Shown one piece after another: positions 1-8,464 of a stretch of DNA of 50,678 nucleotides (within the stretch, counting starts at the first letter, position 1; each line of letters begins with the position of its first letter). Both the position numbers and the translations under genes were made by a program. The stretch is from a virus (Duplodnaviria; Caudoviricetes). The notes under the pieces are model-generated. The model made no database searches, was not told the origin of the DNA, and was given only the letters and a program-made list of their open reading frames with translations. Where the stretch lies: the IMG/VR virus record IMGVR_UViG_3300017766_003084, positions 1 to 50,678 of that record; one strand, written 5' to 3'.

Positions 1-1
1 A

Positions 2-11
2 TCCGCATGGC
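2..11. repeat. Terminal direct repeat TCCGCATGGC, left copy (putative cos end)
   Basis: Identical to the last 10 nt of the window (50669-50678). The junction lies just upstream of terS. Confidence 0.7.
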
Positions 12-137
12 GTTCCCAAGGGGGGTGGTGTTTCGTCGTGGGGGGTATCCCCTTTGCCGATTGCCGGTTTAATCCATTGCGAGCGAGCGGGAAGCTTCCG
101 CCCCTGAAATTCTTTCAAGAATTCTGGTATCCTGCAG

Positions 138-166
138 TTGTCGATAGTCTGCAGTGCCGATATATT
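138..166 (+). promoter_or_regulatory. Putative sigma70-type early promoter
   Basis: TTGTCG-N17-TATATT upstream of ORF 216, preceded by the repeated element AAATTCTTTCAAGAATTCTG (107-126). Confidence 0.55.
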
Positions 167-215
167 TGTGTGTGGCAAGTGAAACGACAAACGACAAACG
201 AGGGGACGAACGACG

Positions 216-434
216 ATGAGCACAGCAGCAAACATCAACCACATCTCAGTACAGCGAGTGTACCGCACCGGCAACGTCGGAACACGCGTCCGGCTGGCAG
301 AGTACAGCAGCCACATCCGCGAGGCAGTGCTGGCCGACATCGCAGCCACTGGTTGCAGCTACAATCAGATTGTGATCGGTGGCGACTTGTACTGGTACGC
401 ACATGAGACGCCGTGGTTCAGCGGCAAGCGATGA
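216..434 (+). CDS. Hypothetical protein, 72 aa
   Basis: ORF with GAGGGG RBS, downstream of the putative promoter. Confidence 0.6.
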   Translation: MSTAANINHISVQRVYRTGNVGTRVRLAEYSSHIREAVLADIAATGCSYNQIVIGGDLYWYAHETPWFSGKR

Positions 435-586
435 CTGACACCCACCCCGAAACCCCCGAAGCTTCCGAAGCAATCCTAAAATTCTTTCAAGAATTCTGCT
501 GTTCTGGTATTTTCAAGAGTCTAGACTTCCGATATCTTCCGTTATCAGTGTTCTGTCTGTCTGTCTCTTGTCTCTGAGGTTGTGCC

Positions 587-874
587 ATGGAAATTCCCGT
601 AGAACCGTTCATTCTCCCGATGCTGTCTGTCTGTTTTGCTTGTGTGTGTGTGGTGTGTGGATTCAAGCTTTCGAAGCTTGTATTGTGGAATTACGGTTGC
701 GATATACTGCCGTTGCCACGATTTGCCCGCCGGGTACTGTGGTGCTGCGGGGTAAGTTGCAGCACTTGCCCATACGTAGTGGTGCGGGATTGTGGCTCTA
801 GTGAGACGTTTACTCTGAACTGCGAACATACTCCCGAACATACTCCCGATAGTGGCGAAACGTTTATTCTGTGA
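587..874 (+). CDS. Possible small hydrophobic, Cys-rich protein
   Basis: ATG follows the same TCTGAGGTTGT leader as the next two genes, but the sequence is low complexity (TG repeats). Confidence 0.35.
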   Translation: MEIPVEPFILPMLSVCFACVCVVCGFKLSKLVLWNYGCDILPLPRFARRVLWCCGVSCSTCPYVVVRDCGSSETFTLNCEHTPEHTPDSGETFIL

Positions 875-908
875 GTGTCTGTCTGTCTGTCTGTCTGAGG
901 TTGTACCG

Positions 909-1145
909 ATGAAAACTATCGGCGAAATTGCTCGTGTCACCGATCTTTCACCCGATGAAAGTGTTTACCCGCAAAAGGGTGAATTGTGGCGTGTTTACCC
1001 ATGGGCGGTAAACACCAGGGGAACTGCAGGGTTTCAAGTTTCCCGGATGTTCCGCAGAGACGATACGTTGTATGTGGAATCTTCTGGCGGCTCGGAATAT
1101 CCTGTCAGTGGCTCCGGAGCCTATGTCATTCAGCGAATTCGTTAA
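909..1145 (+). CDS. Hypothetical protein, paralogue of 1178-1402
   Basis: Leader TCTGAGGTTGT-N4-ATG. Shares MKTI, DLSP, VSRMF.RD..LYV and GG..Y.VSG with the next ORF. Confidence 0.75.
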   Translation: MKTIGEIARVTDLSPDESVYPQKGELWRVYPWAVNTRGTAGFQVSRMFRRDDTLYVESSGGSEYPVSGSGAYVIQRIR

Positions 1146-1177
1146 TTCTCCCGTTTCTTGTCTCTGAGGTTGTAGCG

Positions 1178-1402
1178 ATGAAAACGATTGCAAAGTGTCT
1201 CTTTCCGTCTGATCTTTCCCCCGGAGAGTACGCCTACCCTGGTGAGCGGCGATACTATGTCAAACGCTTGAGCAATGGCGATAAATGCGGAGTAGTTTCG
1301 CGGATGTTTTCCCGCGACGGAAACTTGTACGTTGATACGTTTGGCGGAAACACATACCGTGTTTCTGGTGACAATCTCGCTTGCCAATTGTGCGTTGAAT
1401 GA
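1178..1402 (+). CDS. Hypothetical protein, paralogue of 909-1145
   Basis: Same leader and shared motifs as 909-1145. Confidence 0.75.
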   Translation: MKTIAKCLFPSDLSPGEYAYPGERRYYVKRLSNGDKCGVVSRMFSRDGNLYVDTFGGNTYRVSGDNLACQLCVE

Positions 1403-1415
1403 AGTTGTGAACGTT

Positions 1416-1446
1416 CCCCGATTGCATGGTGCAATCGGGGTTTTTT
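1416..1446 (+). terminator. Rho-independent terminator
   Basis: CCCCGATTGCA-TGG-TGCAATCGGGG hairpin followed by TTTTTT. Confidence 0.85.
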
Positions 1447-1473
1447 GTTGTGTCTGATCAGAAGGAACTTGTG

Positions 1474-3402
1474 ATGAAGACTGTAAAATTTGAAGGTCTG
1501 CTGTCTCGCTGTAATTCTGAGAGCCTCTCAACAGGCGAGAGACTGTTGTCGGGAGTCTCTCTGCTGCTCTCGCTGGTGGTGGAATATTTCAGGCTCAGGC
1601 GAGAGGCTGAGAGGCTGAATAGACTGTCCCGTGAATTCGAAAAACTCTGTGCTGTCCAGTTGGATAATGGTTGTTCACGTTCTGATTCTCTGCTCTCTGA
1701 ACTTCTGAGAGTCTCTGAAACCCCTAACATCGAGCGAGTGAGAGAATACCAGCGAGACAGACAGTCTCTCTCTGAGTCTGAGACGATCTTGTCTCAATAT
1801 CTCGCCGCATTTAATGAGAGCAGAGAGAAGCTCCTGAGTCTTAAGACTGTCAACCGTATTCAAGCGGAACTCTCAAGCTTGCTGCTCTCCAGCGAGCGAA
1901 ACGGTGACAAGTGGCAAGGCAAGGTTTGCGAGACAGACTCGCTCGCAATTCAACACCCGAAACATCGGTATAAGATCGGCGTTATTTCTGGCGGTGTTGT
2001 TCGGATTGTCGGACGATTGAAAAACGAGCCTGTCTCAGTCTCTCGCTTTTTGTCTGTCCCGATCTTGCGAGAGAGGCTGAATGTTAAAGGCAGGAAACAG
2101 GGGGCAGTTTCCAGACTTCGCGGCGAAAGATTATGGGAGAGAGTTCCGTCTGTCTCTGCTATCTCTTTCCGCTCTCAGTTCTGCTACGATATCGGCCAGT
2201 ATATTCTCAACACAGACTACACTGAGACAGAACAGAAAAGACTCGCTGCGGACATCGAGAGAACCTCTGAGACTCTCGCTGCTCTCACTTCGGACAGGGA
2301 ACGGATCGAGACTATCGGCGAGATTGAAGAAAGACTCTGTTCGGAACTCAGAACATACTCGCGAGAGTCTCAGGAATATTCAGACCGTTTCGACACTGTT
2401 CAGCAATTGAAAGCAGAGCGAGAGAGTCTGAAACTGAAACACCGATTGAACACATGGTCCGGGGACAGGAGAACAGCTTTCGAGATTGTTCATGGTGCTG
2501 AACTGAGAGCGAAAGAGTCTCTGGAGAAGGCTATACAGACTCAGACTGAGAGGCTCTGGAGAGCAGCGAGGGTAGCAAAACAGACTGAGACTCTCAAAAG
2601 TATCGGGAGAGACTTCCTGACAATTGAGAAGGCTCTGTTCTGTGTTCACAGTAGTTATAGTTTCCGTAGGTCAGGGGTAGGTCAGGGACAGTATTTCTCT
2701 CCAGCGAGTCTCTCGCTTGTGTTGGCTGTCCGTAGACTTCTCCCTGTTGATTCGCTCGCTGCTCTCAGAAGGCTCTGTGATGTTTCGACACTGGGGAAGC
2801 GGGAGGTGACTCAACTTGTAATCGGGAGAGCAGAGAGTGCGGGACTGAGAGAATTCGCTGTCTCAGAGATTCAGACTCTCTCGCTTCCGGTTGTGTTGGT
2901 TCCTGTGTTGTCTCTCTACACTGGAGAGCAGCAGACAGAAGTCTGTTTCGGGAGAACTGGTGACAACGAAACAGACTCGCTTCTGTCTCTTTGTACAACC
3001 TATCATACTGCGGATAGTGTGGAGACAGTGAAAGAGAATCTGTCTGAGTCTGAGTCTAGCTTGCTAGGCGTTATGTTGCGGAACCTGAAACAGGCTCTTT
3101 CTCAGAGAGAGGCTAGACTCGCTGCGGAGCGAGACAGAGCAGCAGCGGAGCAGAGAAAACGGAAAGAGACTGCTGCTCTCGCTCGCTCGCTGCGGAATAT
3201 CGAGACAGTCTCAGTCGTGGACAGTCTCAACACGGGAAATTGTCTCGCTGGAACCCGCGAATTCTGTGCCCGCTGGGGAATTGTCGGTGAGACAATCTCA
3301 GGCAGGGAGCTTGCTCGAAAATGGCGGTTAAGCAGTTGGAGCGATAATTATATGTTTATCCGTGTTGTCAAAGCCGTTGTAGAAAAGGCTGGTGTAAAGT
3401 GA
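1474..3402 (+). CDS. Large S/E/R/L-rich hypothetical protein, about 642 aa
   Basis: Long ORF with AAGGAA RBS, coiled-coil-like stretches and a C-terminal DS..TGNC..GT..F motif. Confidence 0.75.
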   Translation: MKTVKFEGLLSRCNSESLSTGERLLSGVSLLLSLVVEYFRLRREAERLNRLSREFEKLCAVQLDNGCSRSDSLLSELLRVSETPNIERVREYQRDRQSLSESETILSQYLAAFNESREKLLSLKTVNRIQAELSSLLLSSERNGDKWQGKVCETDSLAIQHPKHRYKIGVISGGVVRIVGRLKNEPVSVSRFLSVPILRERLNVKGRKQGAVSRLRGERLWERVPSVSAISFRSQFCYDIGQYILNTDYTETEQKRLAADIERTSETLAALTSDRERIETIGEIEERLCSELRTYSRESQEYSDRFDTVQQLKAERESLKLKHRLNTWSGDRRTAFEIVHGAELRAKESLEKAIQTQTERLWRAARVAKQTETLKSIGRDFLTIEKALFCVHSSYSFRRSGVGQGQYFSPASLSLVLAVRRLLPVDSLAALRRLCDVSTLGKREVTQLVIGRAESAGLREFAVSEIQTLSLPVVLVPVLSLYTGEQQTEVCFGRTGDNETDSLLSLCTTYHTADSVETVKENLSESESSLLGVMLRNLKQALSQREARLAAERDRAAAEQRKRKETAALARSLRNIETVSVVDSLNTGNCLAGTREFCARWGIVGETISGRELARKWRLSSWSDNYMFIRVVKAVVEKAGVK

Positions 3403-3644
3403 ATTCACGTATGCAACGAATAACCACACCACATACGAGAGCAGTATTGCGGGGGTTCTGGGATCAGCACGTTTTAGAAGGCTTTTTTCAGGAGAATCCG
3501 GGGGGGAACGTAGTGCTGTCTTCCTATTCTTGCGGCGTTACTGACGATGCGGAAGCTTCTGCGGAAGATATCGCAAGGTATCGTGGAAAGTCGGCCTTAT
3601 CGCCGATAGAATCTGCCGCACTGGTTCTGCTGAGAAGTCGATAG
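3399..3644 (+). CDS. Hypothetical protein, 81 aa
   Basis: GTG start immediately at the end of the preceding gene, followed by a terminator. Confidence 0.5.
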   Translation: MNSRMQRITTPHTRAVLRGFWDQHVLEGFFQENPGGNVVLSSYSCGVTDDAEASAEDIARYRGKSALSPIESAALVLLRSR

Positions 3645-3705
3645 TTCAGAACTGACATAACCGGGAAACCGGCCTGATCCTTGCCAGAATGCAGGGAGTA
3701 CTTCC

Positions 3706-3741
3706 ACCCGCTAAGCAATTGCCTAGCGGGTTTGTTGTTTT
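3706..3741 (+). terminator. Rho-independent terminator
   Basis: ACCCGCTA...TAGCGGGT hairpin followed by TTGTTGTTTT. Confidence 0.7.
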
Positions 3742-3762
3742 GCTTCGTCGCGACGATCGGGA

Positions 3763-3796
3763 AGTGAGTGAGTGAGTGAGTGAGTGAGTGAGTGAG
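3763..3796. repeat. (AGTG)8 tetranucleotide microsatellite
   Basis: Directly visible perfect tandem repeat. Confidence 0.95.
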
Positions 3797-3807
3797 AACT
3801 GACATAG

Positions 3808-4070
3808 CCTAGAACGTTCTAGGATTGATTTTGAAAGCCTTGAATTGTCCGCCCCTGTTTTATATCAGGCGGGATTGTTCAAGGCTTTCAAAATTTATTC
3901 TATGCGATTACAGCGTAGTCTCTGCAGTGGTTGATAGTGGGCAGTGGTCAGTGGTGGTTGTGGTTGTGGTGGTCAGTGGTGCCGAAGCTTCCCGGTAGTG
4001 GGCAGTGGGCAGTCTGCAGTGGTCTCGGTTGTGCGGGATTATTCCCACTGACCACTGACCACTGCAGACT
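3808..4070. repeat. Palindrome and inverted-repeat cluster (candidate origin or regulatory region)
   Basis: 16-bp palindrome CCTAGAACGTTCTAGG (3808-3823), 17-bp inverted repeat 3828-3844/3878-3894, multiple CAGTGG units, 14-bp inverted repeat 4011-4024/4057-4070. Confidence 0.8.
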
Positions 4071-4402
4071 ATCGGGAATAGTGGAATTGAAGATAAACAT
4101 ATACGTTTATCTGCATTCCGGAAATCCAAAAATAGAAGATAAACTGATCCGGATATCCGAATAACAAACCAACCGGCATACAGTCACAAGGCAATCTTCA
4201 ACGGGAGTAACCAACCAATGCAGCGAGAATCCAGAACACGGACAGCAGAGAATCAGCGGATACCCCCCACGGGATTTTTTGGATCAAAAAACAAGTGCGA
4301 TAATTCTTTCAAGATTTAGGTAATCCGGACTTGTCTTTGCTGTCGATGAACGCAATACTCCCCATGGGATTTTTTGGATCAAAATTTCTGAAGGAACAAA
4401 CA

Positions 4403-4741
4403 ATGAAGTGGCCAGCGGAACAGTACGAAATTTTACTCGAAGCGTTCCGGCAGTTTCTGGATTCTTGTGGACGCACTAAACAGCAGATTCGGGAATACTA
4501 CGCTGATCGTCCCGAAGCTGTATTGTGGGATATTTACCGTCAGGTGAGATACGACTTGCAGCACGACGATAACCACCCTGCTTACAAGCCCGGAGTTTTT
4601 GAGGACGGGACACCTATTCGAGCAAGGAAGCGGTTGGTGTCATATTCCCCGAAGTTTGTACTGTATCCGCCGGGGTGTAACGACACACACTTGAAGACTG
4701 CTCTGCAGTCTATCGGCAAGTACCATGACATTTACGGTTGA
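4403..4741 (+). CDS. Hypothetical protein
   Basis: Leader TTTCTGAAGGAACAAACAATG. Confidence 0.75.
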   Translation: MKWPAEQYEILLEAFRQFLDSCGRTKQQIREYYADRPEAVLWDIYRQVRYDLQHDDNHPAYKPGVFEDGTPIRARKRLVSYSPKFVLYPPGCNDTHLKTALQSIGKYHDIYG

Positions 4742-4808
4742 CAACTGGTGAGTGTAACGGGATTTTTTGGGTCAATTTCATTCTCAGAAGTTTCTGAAGG
4801 AACAAACA

Positions 4809-5669
4809 ATGAGCATTTCACGACTGGCTGGCGACAACGTTTACAACAGCGAGAACGATTTCGGCACAGTGTTTCAGTTCTCAGTGTATGGTCCTGCTGA
4901 CACTGCAGAGTGGGTGTACGCTGACGACATTTACGTTGCTGTTGTCGTCCACAAGGGCGGTGATGTTCGTGGCAATTACGGGGCGTGCCGCATGTACAAG
5001 GTCGATGATCTTGTAGATTCAGGGTTCCTCGACTGGACACTGGGCTGGCGTGTTGAATCGACTGATCGTCCCGAAGCACTGTCTGACGATATGGACGAAT
5101 GGACCGATGAACAGATTGCAGAACTGCAGAATGAAGTCTGGGCGGAAGATGAACGACTGAGCGAGCGTTGCAGTCCGGGTTACGCTTCCCTGCCAGCTTC
5201 AGAACTGCCGGGGTATCGCAATTCTGGCAGAGTGTATTGGTATGACGGCAAGGCTTACGTGTTGTATGAAGGTATGTTGTATCGTTCAACACCATACCAC
5301 TGGCACGGTGAAGTCAACACGCCAGACAACGGCACGGGTTATATCTCCGATGCGAACATCGACACTGAGGATTTTTTGAAGCAAACGCTGGGTGAGGAAC
5401 TGCCAAACGTACCCAGCAACGTTGTTGAGAATTGGGATAATTCTGAGGATGAAATCATCCCGTGGATTGAGCAAAGTTGCTACCCGCTGTGCCGCATCTA
5501 CAAGGACGATGTTCAGATTCAAGAAGGTTACGTTGACTCTGACGGCATTCTCTGCGGCACTGACATTGACAGCGAGGAACTGATCGACCTTATTCAGAAC
5601 GGCATTGTGGACGGGGCTGAGTCGGTTGAGTTCGAAGGTGGTGTGTACACGTGGTTAATTGAGGACTGA
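4809..5669 (+). CDS. Acidic hypothetical protein, about 286 aa
   Basis: Same leader. Contains H.GGDVRGNY. Strongly Asp/Glu-rich. Confidence 0.8.
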   Translation: MSISRLAGDNVYNSENDFGTVFQFSVYGPADTAEWVYADDIYVAVVVHKGGDVRGNYGACRMYKVDDLVDSGFLDWTLGWRVESTDRPEALSDDMDEWTDEQIAELQNEVWAEDERLSERCSPGYASLPASELPGYRNSGRVYWYDGKAYVLYEGMLYRSTPYHWHGEVNTPDNGTGYISDANIDTEDFLKQTLGEELPNVPSNVVENWDNSEDEIIPWIEQSCYPLCRIYKDDVQIQEGYVDSDGILCGTDIDSEELIDLIQNGIVDGAESVEFEGGVYTWLIED

Positions 5670-5724
5670 TCAGTACAGCGTTCAGGGGTTTTCATTCTCA
5701 GAAGTTTCTGAAGGGAAAGATGAT

Positions 5725-5949
5725 ATGTCACACGCTGAAGAATTGGTGGCACTGAAGGAATGGGTAGCGAATCACGCTGGCGAGAGTATGACGTTGGAAC
5801 TTGCAGCCACGGTTCCGGCTTGTCTGGGCTATTACCCCGTGGTTACTGCAAACAATGGAATTGTTACAGGAAAGATTGCATACGTTTACGATTCTGCTTA
5901 CAGCCTGTATCGTGGTGATGATAGGTTCTGTTCTGTCGTTCGAGACTAA
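5725..5949 (+). CDS. Hypothetical protein
   Basis: Leader variant TTTCTGAAGGGAAAGATGATATG. Confidence 0.6.
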   Translation: MSHAEELVALKEWVANHAGESMTLELAATVPACLGYYPVVTANNGIVTGKIAYVYDSAYSLYRGDDRFCSVVRD

Positions 5950-6121
5950 GCCCGCTTATGAGTCCGTGAGATACGGACGAAACACCCTACGGGGTGTCCG
6001 GGTTGTCGATACCCCTACTTCGGATTTTTTGGGAGTAAACAATGACTGTAAAGATTCGAGTCGTGCTGACAGATTTAATCTATGACGGTCCCTGACAGAT
6101 TTTCTGAAGGAACAAACAATC

Positions 6122-6349
6122 ATGAGCGGTTGGCTGAATGTACCTCGTGTTGGTCAGAAGATTATCGACTCTCTTCGAGTCGGAGACTCTGTTATCGTTA
6201 CTGAACGCCCCAGCGTTATCAATAAAGGTTCAGCAGTTACTTGCTGTGCTTCCAGAGCAAAGATCAAAGTGAATATGCACGTGATCTACATTGTTGTGCC
6301 GTCAACAGGGCAACAGTTTCAGGCTATACACGTCACCCGTGTACAGTAG
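6122..6349 (+). CDS. Hypothetical protein, 75 aa
   Basis: Leader TTTCTGAAGGAACAAACAATCATG. Confidence 0.7.
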   Translation: MSGWLNVPRVGQKIIDSLRVGDSVIVTERPSVINKGSAVTCCASRAKIKVNMHVIYIVVPSTGQQFQAIHVTRVQ

Positions 6350-6369
6350 ATTTTCTGAAGGAACAAACA

Positions 6370-6630
6370 ATGCAGAAGTCACGTAATTGCACAGGGATCA
6401 TTGTGCTCGCACAGAACCGTGTCAGAGATTATCCGGGCTGCATGTATGAACCTCGCATCGAGGGCGAGCAACTGAACGTACAAGCTGTCATGGATGAACA
6501 GGGATCGGGATTGCGTGTTGTGGCTCAGGATAAAAAGTACGGGGGAAAGACTCTCAGACCGCACTCGAAGCGTATTCTGAGCGAGCGGCACTTCTGGGAT
6601 GTATTCAACCAACTGAAGGACTGGAAGTAA
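6370..6630 (+). CDS. Hypothetical protein
   Basis: Leader TTTCTGAAGGAACAAACAATG. Confidence 0.7.
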   Translation: MQKSRNCTGIIVLAQNRVRDYPGCMYEPRIEGEQLNVQAVMDEQGSGLRVVAQDKKYGGKTLRPHSKRILSERHFWDVFNQLKDWK

Positions 6631-6890
6631 TGAGCGACAGACAAACAGACTTGAAGGATTTACAGATAGAAGCACTGGTAGATTCAGTGCTGGCTTTTAA
6701 GGAAACACTGGCAGAAGCACGGGCAGAAGCTGATGACTACAAGGATCGGTGGGTGAAGTGTGTCAAGGTTCAAAGCGACTACCGATCCGGAAGGATGGCT
6801 AAGCAGACTAAAGCCGAGTTTCGGAAGTTGCGTAAGCAGGTTCAGGTACTCACAGAGATGGTTCAGCAATTGGTAAAGGAACGGCAGTAA
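6630..6890 (+). CDS. Coiled-coil hypothetical protein, 86 aa
   Basis: TAATG stop/start coupling with the previous gene. Confidence 0.7.
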   Translation: MSDRQTDLKDLQIEALVDSVLAFKETLAEARAEADDYKDRWVKCVKVQSDYRSGRMAKQTKAEFRKLRKQVQVLTEMVQQLVKERQ

Positions 6891-7078
6891 TGCGGCATAG
6901 TATCGTGGTGACGTTTGAGGAACTGAAGGGGTCAGAGTTTCTCTCAACCTACCTGTACCGTGTTGGTGACGTTGTCACGAAGGGCAAAAGATCGTATCGT
7001 GTGGACAAGGTGAGAATGCTGCTCAGCGGATATGAATTCATGTTGACCCCCTGTTGAGATTTTTTGGGAGAAAAAACA

Positions 7079-7756
7079 ATGGCGAATCGAATCAGCAAGT
7101 ATTACGACGAACACGGGAAACTGATCCCGCCACGGAGTAAACGGGCCAGCATGACGGCTGAAGACTGGCTTGGCACTGTCGGACACGTTCCTGCCTCAAA
7201 CGAGACCGGGGAGATGATCCGACAGGTACTCGACAAGTACATGACACAGTACCTCGACAGACTGCAACAGTATTACGTGGACGTAACAGGCATGACAGTC
7301 TCACAGGCTGCTCAGGCCCTGCACAGTAAACATCACGGGGAACACCGTATCCGCGAATCTCTCACCGTGACTGTTTCTGGAAAGAAAAAGACTGATCCGG
7401 AGATTGTGTACACCTTCTCCGAGTATGACTTGCTGAGAGTCAACTGGGAGATCGCAGACAAGGTTTACAGGTCAGCGAAGAACCGTATCGACACCAACAC
7501 AGCGGACGATATGGACAGGAAGCTGTGGGTGCTGATCCACTCACTCAAGACTGTCGATGCTGACGGGATTGTGCTGTGGAGGATGTATGCTGACACAGAG
7601 GATGAAGGCAGGGACTGTTGCACATTCGCTCTGTGTGACATTGTGGAAGATCATAAGACTATTCGTGCTAAAGAGGGATTCGCTTCCTCGATGAGTGCGA
7701 TAACGCTTATGACACTTGTGAAAGCGTTTTACCGTGTTGGTCAACTGGGGTCTTAG
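7079..7756 (+). CDS. Hypothetical protein, about 225 aa
   Basis: GGGAG RBS followed by AAAAAACAATG, long ORF. Confidence 0.75.
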   Translation: MANRISKYYDEHGKLIPPRSKRASMTAEDWLGTVGHVPASNETGEMIRQVLDKYMTQYLDRLQQYYVDVTGMTVSQAAQALHSKHHGEHRIRESLTVTVSGKKKTDPEIVYTFSEYDLLRVNWEIADKVYRSAKNRIDTNTADDMDRKLWVLIHSLKTVDADGIVLWRMYADTEDEGRDCCTFALCDIVEDHKTIRAKEGFASSMSAITLMTLVKAFYRVGQLGS

Positions 7757-7773
7757 GATTTTTTAGGAGAAAA

Positions 7774-8316
7774 ATGATGGCGAGTAATCAAGCTGTTGTC
7801 GAAGTGGAAATTGTGGACGTGACTTTGGAAATTCAGAAACTACGACAGGAGGTACAGACTCAGGCGGAATGGATTCGACAGCAAGGCATTACGATCGAGT
7901 CTCTGACCAATGAACTGGTCGGTAAAAATAAGTTCGAGGTGTTGCTCGACAAGTGCGAGTATTGGGGGCGAGAACGTATGATCATTCAGAACGGGAGACT
8001 CGATACACAGGCTCTGAAGCTGTGCGAGGAAGCCACTGAGACGTTGATTGCTGCGAGGAAGGTTCACAGGATCATGGGCAGCAACACTGAGAAGGCTCAG
8101 GCAAACGGAGGAGAACTTCCTGAAGCTGATAAGCAGGAGACTGCTTCTTACCTTGCAGAACTTGCTGACGGTATCGGCGATACGATGGTTGTGTTGACTA
8201 TGCTGTGTGCAATGTCCGGGCTGGATATGTACAAGTGCCTTGAAGGTGCGTATGAAACCATCAAGGATCGACGTGGGTATCTGAACGAAGAAGGTGTGTT
8301 TGTGAAGGAGACCTGA
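7774..8316 (+). CDS. MazG-like nucleoside triphosphate pyrophosphohydrolase with N-terminal coiled coil
   Basis: QALKLCEEATE...LADGIGDTMVVL...CLEGAYETIKDRRG...GVFVKE, typical of phage MazG-like proteins. Confidence 0.85.
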   Translation: MMASNQAVVEVEIVDVTLEIQKLRQEVQTQAEWIRQQGITIESLTNELVGKNKFEVLLDKCEYWGRERMIIQNGRLDTQALKLCEEATETLIAARKVHRIMGSNTEKAQANGGELPEADKQETASYLAELADGIGDTMVVLTMLCAMSGLDMYKCLEGAYETIKDRRGYLNEEGVFVKET

Positions 8317-8405
8317 TGGCTGCTTTGCTGTGCGTCTTTGTTCTGATTGCTGCAATGATTGGTGCAGGAATCGGAGTTCGTCTTGAATAGTTCTGGAAAA
8401 GAAAT

Positions 8406-8441
8406 AACCCCTGCAGGCTTACCCCCTGCAGGGGTTTTTTT
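8406..8441. terminator. Terminator between convergent transcription units, possibly bidirectional
   Basis: AACCCCTGCAGG-N7-CCTGCAGGGGTT with a T-run on the right and an A-rich flank on the left. Confidence 0.85.
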
Positions 8442-8464
8442 GGTTTAATCGCTGGATTGCTCGA

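Noticed and set aside
1426-1473. Upstream start for the 658-aa ORF, and similar extended starts at 852, 986, 4331, 4767 and 6241
   Set aside because: These extensions run through terminators or leader repeats. Downstream ATGs with RBSs are more plausible.
3908-4164. ORFs 3908-4129 (-) and 3931-4164 (+)
   Set aside because: They are translations of the GTG/CAGTGG repeats with low complexity and no RBS.
4385-6371. Repeated 20-nt sequence as a CRISPR-like array
   Set aside because: Spacing is irregular (about 250-900 bp), the intervals are ORFs, and there is no cas operon. The PD-(D/E)XK nuclease sits in a standard recombination module.
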